Origin: the human T2T-CHM13v2.0 reference genome, Homo sapiens
NCBI RefSeq assembly: GCF_009914755.1
Contig: NC_060935.1
Length of the DNA stretch: 64,000 nucleotides
Strand: one strand, 5' to 3'
In this document: positions 41,256 through 54,020 of the stretch, in pieces
How the letters are laid out: each line of letters starts with the position of its first letter
Position numbering within the stretch: position 1 is the first letter of the stretch
Position numbers and translations under genes: made by a program
The notes under the pieces: model-generated
Database searches by the model: none
The model's input: the letters and a program-made list of their open reading frames with translations, nothing else
Told to the model about the DNA's origin: nothing

Positions 41256-43784
41256 AAGATGTGAGGAGAGAAGATGCAAGCTATGGGGTGGAGAGTTAAA
41301 TTGTAGGGACACTTGCAAACCCTTCAAAGGGGGTTGGGTTTTACCCTGAAGCTAATAAGAAGTAACCAAAGGCTTTTCAGTCAGGTAGTGACCTATAAAG
41401 GCAAGAATCAGGGAACCCAGTGAAGATTCTTTGCGATATAACCACTGATGAATGCTGGTGTCCTGAACTGGAGCGGTGAAACGTTAAGGAGAAAGAATCA
41501 ACAAATCTTTATGACAGGAGTTAAACATGATTCCCAAGGGGCTGTTTTTGTGTCTCCGGGGTTGGAGGAGCCATTCACTGGAGATGAGAGGGGAAGAGGA
41601 GGAGGAGGAGAAGGATCAAGATGTGGCTAGAGTGGATGCTGTGGATTGGACCTAGCCTGTCTGGGAGGTCTGGGACGCCCAGGGGGCAACTGCTAACTCA
41701 AGGCCTGAATGGATGGTGTTCCTCCAGTCTTCCCAAGAGCAGAGGAGAGGTGATGAGCTGTTGGCTGCCTTTGATTTGGGTATGTGAACCTGAGAACTGA
41801 CTATGAAAGTTGTGTCCTGTTCAGGGAGTAAGCCCAAAGCTGGATGGAGCTCAACAGAGAGCAGCAGAGTGGGATGGAGCCATGAAAAGTGGGGCTGAGG
41901 AATAAGGAAAAATGAGGATCCTGGAGGGTCTGTGAAGCTATCAGTGCCTGCCACATTCACAGGTCCCACCTGAAGATGCCAGCCCCATGAGGTTCTTTTG
42001 GAGGAGTCACTGTGGTTTGGGATGTGGATCTCAAGCAAAAATAAGCAGACTACCTGTCCTAGATTGATTAGACCATGGTCTGATGCATGAGCCAATGATG
42101 CATAACCTGGAAATGCAGAGGTTACTGCTGTCCTCCATCCCTACCACCATCCTCACACAGCTTGGAATAAAAAAGGTCACTGAGAATATTTGGTATTAGA
42201 TAGAGGCATATGTATCCACTCATGCCCTCTTTTAGGGATAAATAGACAGTGCCCACAGATAGGGTATTTGGAACCATGGTGAGCTGCTGGGGGTCCAGAG
42301 TGTTTTTCCAGCAGTGAACGAGAAGACATTGACTTGCCTCATGCACCCTTGTAGGCATCCCATCAATCTCATTATTACCCACTTTTGTCAGAGGAGGAAA
42401 CTGAGGTTAAATACGTAACAAGATTACAAAAGCCACAGAACAATTCACTGTGTAACTAGAACTCACAGTCTGAGGTTAAATTGCATATTTTCCTTCTATT
42501 CTAAACTACCTTGCCAATACTTTGATAAATATAATCAGCAGTCTATCATAAGTTTTATTAAAATGTCAAGAGGCTTACCAGTCAGAATGAAAATGCAGGA
42601 TAAAACACATATTTGTAGGTTTTACTAAACCCCACACTGTTGGAATATAATTCCTACTATTCAACAAATCCGGGCTCACTCATCTCTGTTCTATTGTGCT
42701 AAGAACACAAAGCTATAGGAGGAATAATGTTTTCCTTTTTCTCTGTTCAAGCTCTGAGCTTAAAACTGAACACAGCATGCCACTTTTGCTACCAAAGCCA
42801 GGGAATTTGATAGCTACCACACAGACGCATTTTGCTTTATCTAAAAATATCCTCTGAGTTTGGAACAACTGGCTACCCTCTGCACTAAAAGTTTAGTTGC
42901 CTGTTTTTACTTTTCTGAGAAACCACAAATCATAATAAATAATTTTTATTTTTATTTTTTTAGTGGAACCACAATAACTTCTAATCTCTGGTAAGAACAC
43001 ATGAAAGAGAAGCTGGACAGACTGAAATTGGGTCCTGTGTTTTTCTGCTTTATCCTGCACTGAAGCTTTTAGGAGGTGAATGTTGGCATTATTAGAGGCC
43101 TCAAAGGCACACCAGTTGCCGGGATGTACATCAAGGAACAAAGTGAAATCTTTCCTGAATAAGTGATCATCAAATTACAGACCTGTCACCAGTGCTTCCT
43201 GGGAAGGGTCAGCACCTTTCCTTGTTCCCAGCAGACAAAGAATGTGTGACAGGCAGATCGATACTCCAGTTAACTAAACAGCTGGCTAATCACAGAACTG
43301 ACAGCGTACAAAGGTAGGTTTGAAGACAATGAAATAAAAGTTCCTTTTTATAGAATTTTTTTTTTTTGGCTTATTCAACAGCTTGGTGAATTCTACTTTT
43401 TTTAAAATTTTATTTTCTTCGTTTTTCTTTTTTTCCCCCACCAGATGAGGCTGATAGTGATTCTAAGCTCAAATTTAAAAGAAGTGGGGATGCACCTCCC
43501 AGCTAATGATGTTTATATGGGGTGTGATTAGTTATGAATAAGGGGTAGCATAGCTGGGGAGGGAGGCTGACTGATTGATCAGCCTCCTGTGGATAATGGA
43601 GGGTGCCCAAATCAATTATTATTAACTAATTACTCTTCTCCTTTTGTCAGGATAAATTCGTTCATCCAATGTGTTTTCTAAGTGTGTCAGGTGAATTGCA
43701 TTAAAAAGGATAAACAGCACTCTTTTTTGTATACTCTGTCGAAAATCTTAACAGCTTAATTGTTGTTCTGCTGATTGGAGAGGC

Positions 43785-44610
43785 AGTGCTATGTAGTAAT
43801 TAAGGGAAAGGTCTGGGTTGCTCTGATTGAAAGTCTTCTCTATCACTTTCTAGAGCTGGGGCCTGGAGCAAGCTACTTAACTCCTCTGTGACACAGTCTC
43901 CTTAACTGCAAAATGAGGATGACAATAGGGTTGGTGTGACAACTTAAAAATTATAATATAGACTTATAAAAGACAAAAAAACAGTCATGTAAGGTGCTAG
44001 GCATGGTGACTGGCACATCGTAAGATGGTAAGCCTGCAACAATACAGTTTTCAATATTTCTTCCTTCCTTTTTTTTTCCCCAGTGACATGGGAGAGCCAT
44101 ATAAACATATAGGCTGCATCTATTTAATATAAAATATACAGATTCTCCAAAAATTATTTAATCAGTGATATCAATAATATCACCTTCCCTCTATAAAGTG
44201 CTTAATGATTTTGAAGCACTTTCCTATCCACCAGCATTTTTAATTGTCACAACATTCTGCAAAGGAAATAGTTTTGAGATTTCTATTACAGAAGAAGAAA
44301 CTGAAGCTGAGAGAGGTTTTGTAACTTGTCAATGTATTCAGCCATAAGTTGTAAATTCAATCCAGTAAACTGGGTAAAACACTCAGACTCTGTAATCATA
44401 TCTCAGTTTAAATCTTTGCTTCACCACTTCTTAGCTGTGTGACAATGGGCAACTTGCTTAACTTCTCTAAGCATCACTCTCCTCATCTACAAAACAGGGA
44501 TACCAATCTATGCCTAGCTTACAGGGTTGTGGTGAGAAGTAACGAAATTAAATAAGGTGCGTAAAGAAAACAGTGCGTAGCATTAGTGCTCAGTATTATT
44601 ATTGCGGTTG
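43785..44610. mobile_element. Cluster of three MIRs (+, -, +)
   Basis: MIR cores near 43870 (+), 44285 (-) and 44430 (+). Confidence 0.7.
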
Positions 44611-45399
44611 TAATCATTATTACTATCATTCTCATTATTAATTAGCCAAGTGCCCAGTAGGAGCACTCTTTATCTTTATTATCATAAAACTTGTCATCTC
44701 TCTACTTGATCATCCCTTCTTGCTCTTTCTTCTCTTACCCCCTCCTCCTCTTCTTTAGCCACATATCAAATGCAATCAGCATATGGGATATACAGTGTGA
44801 GCAACAGTTCTCTTATTAAAGAGGAACTGTTTGACATTTTTGGCCAAAGTTATTCAGCCTCTCATGAATCTGCCTTCTTGAGCATGTCTCCTTGTGCCTT
44901 AGGCTGGCAAAGTAGAGTTTCTCCATCTGCAAAGGAACTCAGATCTGACCCGTAACCATTGCGTCCTGAGATGCCATCTCTCCTAATTGTTCTTTATTTT
45001 CTTTGGTAACCTACCTGTTAGGTAGAAAGAATCTAACTCTTAACATCATTTGTGCAGCAGATATTTATTGAATCCCCATCACGTGGTAGGCCCTGCTTCT
45101 TTAAATTTCATGCCCCAGAGTAACTTCGCATGCAGAAGTGGGCTCTCCTCACCAGAAGAGACATAAGTAAAATCAGGTCCTCTGGTATTTTACAGGACAC
45201 ATACCCATACGCATGCATGTACACATGAATAACAGGAATATATAGAGACCTTTTTAAAAAAGAAAAAATATATATATACAATGAAAGTGACTTAGAAGCA
45301 AAGCTGTTCCCCTGCGTGGTGAGCAGGATAGGGAAAGGCAACCCTGGCACCTCAGAGGACCCTGCCAATGAACCCAGCTTGCTTCTTCAGCCTGCCCTT

Positions 45400-45845
45400 T
45401 GTGCTTCTTGCTAGTGTTCCTACCTCCGTGCCTTTCTGTAGGCTGAAACTTCCACTTGGGAAGCCCTCCCTACCCCCATGGCACCTGCCATCATCCTAGC
45501 AAACATCCCCTCTAGCTTTCATCACCATCTCAACATTCCAGTTGTCCTGGAAACATTTCCATTCTGTCTCTCTCAGCTCCTGCCACAAAACTAACCCTGC
45601 CCTCCCCTCTACCAGCACAAACTGTCAGTGGACACTTCTGCTTCAACTCTCTCTCACACTGGACTCTGAGATCCTGGAAAGCAGGGACTTTAATATTTGG
45701 ATCTTTACCCTAGTAAGTGATTGAGAACAAATGAATGACAGGATGGAAGGAAGAGAAAAAGGAGAGAAGAGAAAGGAAGATGGAGAAAGAAAAGGGACCT
45801 ACAACCATAGCTTATGAGACATTGCTTAAATGATGCCATGTCATG
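45400..45845 (+). mobile_element. L2 3' end plus purine-rich flank; donor of the duplicate at 48351-48576
   Basis: CACACTGGACTCTGAGATCCTGGAAAGCAGGGAC...AAATGAATGA L2 terminus. Confidence 0.7.
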
Positions 45846-46833
45846 CCCAAATAACATTGAGTTAAGCTTGAATCCCCTTGACTATAGCAAAGAGTGAAAG
45901 AACTCAAAGTTATTGTAGTGTAAAGACCACGTTGCTATGTCTGGGGAGAAAAGAAAAAATATTCATGTGACAGAGACTGATTTGTTCTGCTCATGGAAGT
46001 AAGGAGATAGAAGATATTCTGGGCGGCAGCCTGACAAAGCCTGCCCTTTTCTGCAGAAATGACATTGCTACCAGAGGAGCATTCATCCATGGTGAAAAGG
46101 GTTAGGGGACCTACGCTGGTCATCATGCTGTCCTTGTCTCGGAGTATCAGAGACTGGCTACAGCTCGGGATACCAAAGGCACAAATTAGGAATTTCCTCA
46201 AGGATCACTTAGTAATAGACACTCATTATGCAGAAGTAATCACTGTAAACCAGAAAAGGTAAATGACTTGCTCAAGATCACACTGCTGGTTAGTAACAGA
46301 AAAGGATTTTTTACCCTATGCCTCAATGTGCCTTCTTCAGCAATAAGAAAGGAACCTAACACGCCTGCTCATCAATTATTTGTGAAAGGTTATTGGTATT
46401 TTATTTTACTCAGGTATTTTACTCTAAGAAACATAAAACCATTAAAGCAACATTGACTGTATGACTTTGTGTAAGGCACTGGATTATAGAAACATCTTTG
46501 TATGTAAGCAAGAATACAAGTTTCAGAGCCAGACAGGCTTTGTTTTATATTCCTGGCTTTTCTGCTGTTCCTCAGTGATTTGAGGCAACTTATTTGAGCC
46601 TTGATTTCCTTCCTGAGCACTGTACCCTTTCCCAAATGTGTGTTTGGAGTGAATAAAGATTAAAGGGTTGGGGCTCAGGTTGATCAAACCAATGTGATAT
46701 TCAAGACACACAGCAGCTCTCATGGGCTCCAGAGGAATCTAGAATCTAGTCTAGAGTAGGTAATCTTCAAATGAGGTAACAGAAGAGAGGCAGGCTGATG
46801 AGAAACCTGTAGAGGAGTAAACAGCAAATCTCT

Positions 46834-46940
46834 GGCCGGGTGCAATGGCTCAAACTGTAATACCAGCACTTAGGGAGGACAAGTTGGGAGAATCACTTGA
46901 GGCCAGGACTTTATAACTAGCCTGGAAAACCTGAGAAACC
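46834..46940 (+). mobile_element. Truncated Alu left monomer (FLAM/AluJ-like), no A-tail
   Basis: GGCCGGGTGCAATGGCTCA...GAATCACTTGAGGCCAGGA...AGCCTGG. Confidence 0.8.
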
Positions 46941-47650
46941 TGTGATCAAACAAGGGCCTGAACCAGGCAGGCAAGTGCCAGTTCTGTCCAAGGAGGTCGT
47001 ATCTACCCGCACTGGAAAAATGGTGGGGTGGTTCCTGTATGCTTATTTAGTGATAAAGCATCTTGAATATCAAAACGTACAGCGCATCTAGAATATCAAT
47101 AAGAAGATGTGTGTAAATAATTTAAGAATAGATTTTAGCGTATATTAATAGGGTGAAGAACAATGAACATGATTTTCTCAACAGATGCAGGAAAAAAATT
47201 GGACAACATTCATCTTTTTATGATAAAAACTCTTAACAAATTAAGTACAGAAAAAATGTTCCTTGACACAATTACAGCCAGGTATCACAAGCCCATCATA
47301 CTCAACAATGAAAAGTTGAAAGCTTTTCCTTCAGGATCGGGAACAAGACCAGGATTCTTACTCACACCATTTCTATTCAATGTAGTATTAGAAATCCTTG
47401 CCAGAGAAATTAGTTAAGAAAAAGAAAGAGAAAGTATTCAAATAGTAAAGGAAGAAGTAAAATTGTCTCTCTTTGCTGATGAGATAATCGTACATTATAA
47501 AAACCCTGAAGACTTTACCAAAACATTGCAAGAACTGATAAGCAAATTCAGTAAAGTTGCAGGATATAAAATCAATCAACATACAAAATCAGATGTGTTT
47601 CTCTATGCTAACAATGAACTCTCCAAAAAAGGAATTAGGAAAACAATCTT

Positions 47651-47949
47651 GGCCCAGCATGGCGGCTTACATCTGTAATCCCAACATTTTGGGAGGCTGA
47701 GGTGGGTAGATCACCTGAGGTCATGAGTTCAAGACCAGCCTGGCCAACATGGTGAAACCTCGTCTCTACTAAAACTACAAAAATTAGCTGGGCCTGGTGG
47801 CAAGTGCCTGTAATCCCAGCTACTGGGGAGGCTGAGACGGGAGAATTGCTTGAACCTGGAGGTTGTAGTGAGCGGAGATCATGCCACTGCACTCCAGCTT
47901 GGGTGACAGAGTGACACTCTGCCCCCTGAGAAAAGATTCACCCGCAACA
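47651..47949 (+). mobile_element. AluS (Sx-like) with an atypical tail
   Basis: Full dimer; TSD A(G/A)GAAAACAATC starting at 47637 and 47950. Confidence 0.92.
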
Positions 47950-48350
47950 AAGAAAACAATCCCATTAATAATAGCATAAAATTACTCAGGAGTAAATTCA
48001 ACCAAGGAGTTGAATAATCTGTATACTGAAAACTATAAAACATCAATGAAAAAAAAATGAAGAAGACATAAATAAATGGAAAGATATCCCATGCTCAAGA
48101 ACTGGAAGAATGAATATTGGTAAAACATCCATACTACCCAAAGTGATCTATACATTCAATGTAATGCTTATCAAAATTGCAATCATAGAAAATTCTAAAA
48201 TTTGTATGGAACCACAAAAGACCCCACAAAACCGTAGCAATCTTAAGCAAAGTGAACAAAGCTGTAGGCATCACACTAGCTGATTTCAAAATCTATCACA
48301 AAGCTATAATAATCATAACAGCATAATACTGGCATACAAACTGACACATT

Positions 48351-48576
48351 GACACTTCTTCCTGCTCTAACTCTTTCCCACACTGGACTCTGAGCTCCTG
48401 GGAAGCAGGGACTTTAATATTTGGATCTTTACCCTGGCAAATATTTGAGAACAAATGAATGAGAGGGTGGAAGGAAGAGATAAAGGAGAGAAGAGAAAAG
48501 AAGATGGAGAAAAAGGGACAAGGAAGAAAAGGGACGTACAACTGTAGCTTATGAGATGTTGCTTAAATGATGCATG
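48351..48576 (+). repeat. Local duplicate of 45631-45840, flanked by a ~70-bp direct repeat of L1 sequence
   Basis: Near-identical blocks (GCAGGGACTTTAATATTTGGATCTTTACCCT; TAGCTTATGAGA..TTGCTTAAATGATGC); flanks 48268-48338 and 48572-48642 are copies of each other. Confidence 0.92.
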
Positions 48577-48642
48577 ACACTAGCTGATTTCAAAATATAT
48601 TACAAAGCTATAATAATCGAAATCACATGATATTGGCATACA

Positions 48643-48794
48643 GGCACTATAGGTGCACACCAAGCTAAAGTTATTTTTGTAGAAACAAGGTCTCACTATA
48701 TTGCCCAGGCTGGTCTCAAGCTCCTGGGCCCAAGCAATCCTCCTGTGTCACCCTCTAGTGCTGGGATTACAGGCGTGAGCCACTGTGCCCAGCC
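48643..48794 (-). mobile_element. AluJ, 3'-truncated (left arm plus linker)
   Basis: TTGCCCAGGCTGGTCTCAAGCTCCTGGGC...GAGCCACTGTGCCCAGCC. Confidence 0.85.
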
Positions 48795-49235
48795 TCTTAA
48801 CCAATTTTAAGTGTATGATTTAGTAATGTTAGGTATATTCGTGTTGTTGTGCAACCAGTTTCCAGAACTCTTTAATTTTGCAAAACTGAAACTTTCTATC
48901 CATTAAACAACTCCCTATTCTCTCCTCCCCTAGCCCCAGACAACCACCACTCTACTCTTGATAGGAGATATGAATTTGACTATTCTAGATACCTCATATA
49001 GGTGGAGTCATACAGTATTTGATTGTTTATGAACAGTTTACTTCACTTAGTATAGTGCCCTCAGGATTTATTCATATCATAGCATGTGTCAGAGTTTTCT
49101 TCCTTTTTAAGGCTGAAAAGCAGCCTATTGCATGTAAGTACTGTGTTTTGTTTATCCATTCATCCACGGATAGACAGTAGGGTTAATTCTACCCTTTGGT
49201 TATTTTGAATACCACTGCTATGAACATGGGTGTAT
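48795..49235 (-). mobile_element. L1MB-like 3'UTR fragment
   Basis: TTCCAGAACTCTTTAATTTTGCAAAACTGAAAC...TTTATCCATTCATCC...TGCTATGAACATGGGTGT. Confidence 0.85.
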
Positions 49236-52200
49236 GGAATGATTTAACTTTCACACATAAATGAGATTTAGAATTATTTTTCTCATAACTCTCAGAAGCT
49301 CATATCAGCTACCTTTTAAGACCAGAGGTGTAGCTCAGAAAACCTACCTTCCAGGGATACTGGGAAGATTAAGGGAAGTAGCCGAGGGAGCGTACCACAC
49401 ACATAGTAGGTGCTCCATATACTTGCCATCCCCTTTCCTTCCCTTCTCTTCCCTTATAACTTGCCCCATTCTAGGTGCAGATTGCTGGGGAGTACACAAG
49501 TCCCATGGTTGCCTACAGTGCATCAAGTATTCTGAAAATGATTAGACTGCAGATTCTGCCTCCTGCATAGTCAAAACATTTAAAATACCATTAAACCTCT
49601 GCTTTCCCAGCTCTGTGGGTTTCTGCAACCTACAGCTCACAAAATTTCTGTGTCTGCAGGGGTTCATAATATACTCCAGGCTTGATGCAGTGTTGCACAT
49701 GTTTCCACGATGTGATTATGGGGAAGAATGTGGTGCAGCTCGCCTTTTATTTTGAGATGGAAATTTTGCATGACATTTATCTCTCCCCTTGATTATGTAT
49801 TTTAGTTCCTTGTGATCATTTTTCATGGGGATGAAAGGGTCTGCAAGAGTTCTGTCATCTATTTTATTTAGATTTTTGATTTTTAGATTTTCATCCCACA
49901 GTCATCCAGTATATCAGGAAAATATAAGTTCCCTTGTTGCAAGTGGCAAAGAGAAGACAAGGGAAAAAAGGGGACATTTATTAGCAGACACCATTTGTGG
50001 AGCCCCACCATGTCCTGAGAATCGGCTGGGAGCTTTACCTCCATGATCTCTAACCTGCCAATGCTGCTTGAGAATTAGAGGTCAAATGACCTGATTAGTG
50101 ATAAGTGGTGCTTAGGAAGTATTACAGTCAAGATTTGAAACCAGGCCTGACTAGATCCTAGGTCTGTGCTTACGTCACTTCACAGTAATTATGCAGCTAT
50201 TGAAAGCCAAGTGTTACCTACGTCCAGGAAATGTAGAGATGGTGACCCTGGTATGTGGAGTTTGCATTCCAGGCAAGACTATCCTCTTCTGTTACACATG
50301 AGTACATCTTCAGGCAGAAGTGACTTCCATAGGGTAAAGTGTTCTGAGAGTGTAAAGAAGGGGACAATCACATCCTTTACTCTTTTTAGAAAACTTTTTA
50401 TATGGACCTGATGAATATGCAGGAAGAAGGGAATTCTTGTTGTAGGTAGGGGAGTGTGATCAAAAACACAGAAGTGAGAACATTTCAAGTGGGATAGTTG
50501 AGACTGAGGACACAAATTTTGTGTTTGTAAGCACTAGGGCAAGGACTCAACTTAGCTTTTGTACTCTTCCCCTGTGCTTTGCTGTATCTAAAACATGTAA
50601 TGGTTTGGGCTTCTGGATTTGATGAAGATGCTGCAGCCACCAGGGATGAAGTTAGGCATTTTGCCCTGGCTGGCTGCTCTCCAAGATAGGTACCATGTGA
50701 CTGGCAGGGAGCAGCAATTCAGGATAAAAGAAAAATGAAATAGGGAAGAGGAATGCCTGTTTCCAGTAGGTCCTTCCAAAGAAATCCTCAGCAGCACTTC
50801 AGACACCTGATCATGCCTAGAATCTGATGGCCTCCTCTGTGTATGGGGTTGAGTTCAAGCTGCCTTTACAACTACTTTCTCCAGGCTCATTTCCTGCCTC
50901 CATACAAGGTGGAGGAAGGCTCCAGATGGACGACCCCATCCTTTCTCCAACCTTTGTATCTGGCTGCAACACCTTTCTTCCACGTGCATCCATTCTCTCT
51001 CTCCTTCTGCACGGGAGCATCTCTAATTCATTTGTTAAGACCAACTGGAAAATTTCTTCCTCGGTAATACATTCCTCCACTTTGCCAGGGATAACTGCTC
51101 CCTCCAAGTGCTCCCATATCCTGTTATCTTTGTGAAAATTCTTAGAATGTGATATCATAATTATCTGTGTCCAAGTTTGCCTGCTCCACTGGTGCTGTGT
51201 ACCTCCAGGGCATAGGAAGACTTGATGGAACAAATGAATGAATGGGTAAGGGAGCAATAGAATGAATGACTGATTTCTCCATCACCATAGACTGCTGCAA
51301 GATCTGCACCAGTGGACAAATTAGCAGGAGAGGGAGTGAGGGTGGGAGTCAAGAAATGATTAAGAGCATTTCCAGTGGTCTGGGCAATGGTCTCCTGACC
51401 AATACCCTGTGAACACAGGCAAAAATGGAAGAAACAGACATAGATAGGGCACCTTCCTGAGGCAGGTGCTTTGGAATCCAGGGGGTGACAGGTGGAACAC
51501 AGGCAGCTTCTCTAGGGGAAATTCAATTGGCCTAAAAAGAAACCACCTAAAAGAGGATTAAACTGTTAAAAGATTAAACTGTACACTTATGTTGCTGAGG
51601 TTTTTAGTAGCTACCTGGTAGAAATCTCTGGAATATATATTATTTCCCATTTTCAATTTCATGGAGTACATCATTTTCCAAAGCAGTGTCCCCTGTCTAG
51701 CAATAGCTAGTCATCCAGCCACATCCCTCCCCTGAGCTGCACAGAAAAATCACATCTCTGCACATTGCAGTAAAGGCAGCCTACTGGGGTAGGAAAAGGA
51801 CTCTCTGGGTTTTGCAGAGATCTGAGTGCAAATCCAAATTGGGCCATTTACTAGTTAGGGAATCTTGGACAATTTCTTTTAAAGTCGCTTTTTCTATGCA
51901 CAGCTCATCATCTGTAAAGTAGGGAGAAGAACACCCCCAGCCATCTCTGTGGTGAGGACTGAAGGGCTTAGTAGGCAATCCCTAGTTGTCAGTCTCCTGC
52001 TAGCCCCCTGCTCTCCTTCCTTGAGAGACAGCTGAGTGAGGTGGAGCCAGCAGGGAAGGCAGACTGGGGGAGCAGGACTTGAATTGCAGTTTTATAATTT
52101 CGGAAAGCTCTCATAACTTTTAAAAAGGGGTTTCGTATTTCTCATTTGTTCTTTCAAACAGACTTGTTATGCAGCCCTCTGGGGTGGGATATTAAAGCAT

Positions 52201-53367
52201 GAGCACCAACAATCTCAGGCTTGGAACCTCCAAGCTGTGAATTCCTTAGACATCCCGCATGGCCCTGTCTTCCTCTTTCATTTGCTTCCTTGAATTTCAT
52301 TCATTTATTCATCTATTCTTTCATTCCTCTACTCATTAGTTAATGAATGTCACTCAGTTGTTTAGTTTTTCCTTTATTTATTAAACATATAATGAATACC
52401 TCTTTTGAGGCAGGCGTTGTGATAACCCATGGGATACAGATAAAATCCCAATTTTCAAGGGGCTCACTTTCCACCAGATGTGCATTGATAAACTAATGCA
52501 CATACACACACACACACACAGTGATAAAGTGTCGAGTGCTACAACAGAAGTATGAACAGGGAATTGTGGTAGCATAGAGCGGTATGTGATTAAACCATCT
52601 CTGATTAAACACTGCACGGGTCAAGGAGGAGGTACAATTTCATTTTCAGTAACCAGTATTAGCTGGTCCCTTAGAAGAGCTCTTGGCTGGTGGCATCACT
52701 TAGTTATGCAATCATAAGGCTGGCAGCTCTTCAGGTCTCAGGAACTCTGACTTAGTGTCACGTTTATGTAATCCAGATGAGCATCTACATGTGGCAAATG
52801 AAAGCTATAACCTTGGAGCAAATATAGGAGGCCCCCACAGCACTAGCAGGGAATCCAGCAAATTATAACAGTGTCTAACCAGGCAAACAGAAACCACTTC
52901 CAGTCTTTATGACAGAGAGAATTTAATGTGGAGGATTTGTTATGCAGATGGGGGTGTAGCTAAAGAGTCAGGCAGAGGATTGCGGGATGATCCAGAGATC
53001 AGAAATAGCAGGGAAAATTATGAAGAAAATAAGTGTTGTCTGATCCATGAGCCTGAGGCAGAGAGGAAGGGAGAGAAACAGCGTGACTGTTCCTTTCACT
53101 TTCTTCTAATCTCCTCCCAGTGCCTTCCATTGGCTGAAGCCAGTTAGCAGCCAGATGACAGAGACACCCGGGAATTCCTTAGTCCCCTAGTCAGCCCCTC
53201 CACCTTGCAATTCAGAGGAGGGGAAATGGTGAGAATGTGATAGAGGGCGAAGAAGCCCAAGATGGGTTCACAAGGACATTCATCCCCATGGCACTGGGCA
53301 ATCTCAGGCTGTGCAAAACCAGTCTTCTGTGGTGACACAGTTTGGCTGCCAGAAGCCATGGCAGGTG

Positions 53368-54020
<653 letters not shown>

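Larger units (their letters stand above)
47140..48642 (+). mobile_element. L1MA/MB-like ORF2 (RT) fragment interrupted by an Alu and a templated insert
   Basis: Translations FMIKTLNKL...LFNVVLEILAREI and SLFADEII...FSKVAGYKIN (degenerate FADD motif). Confidence 0.88.
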
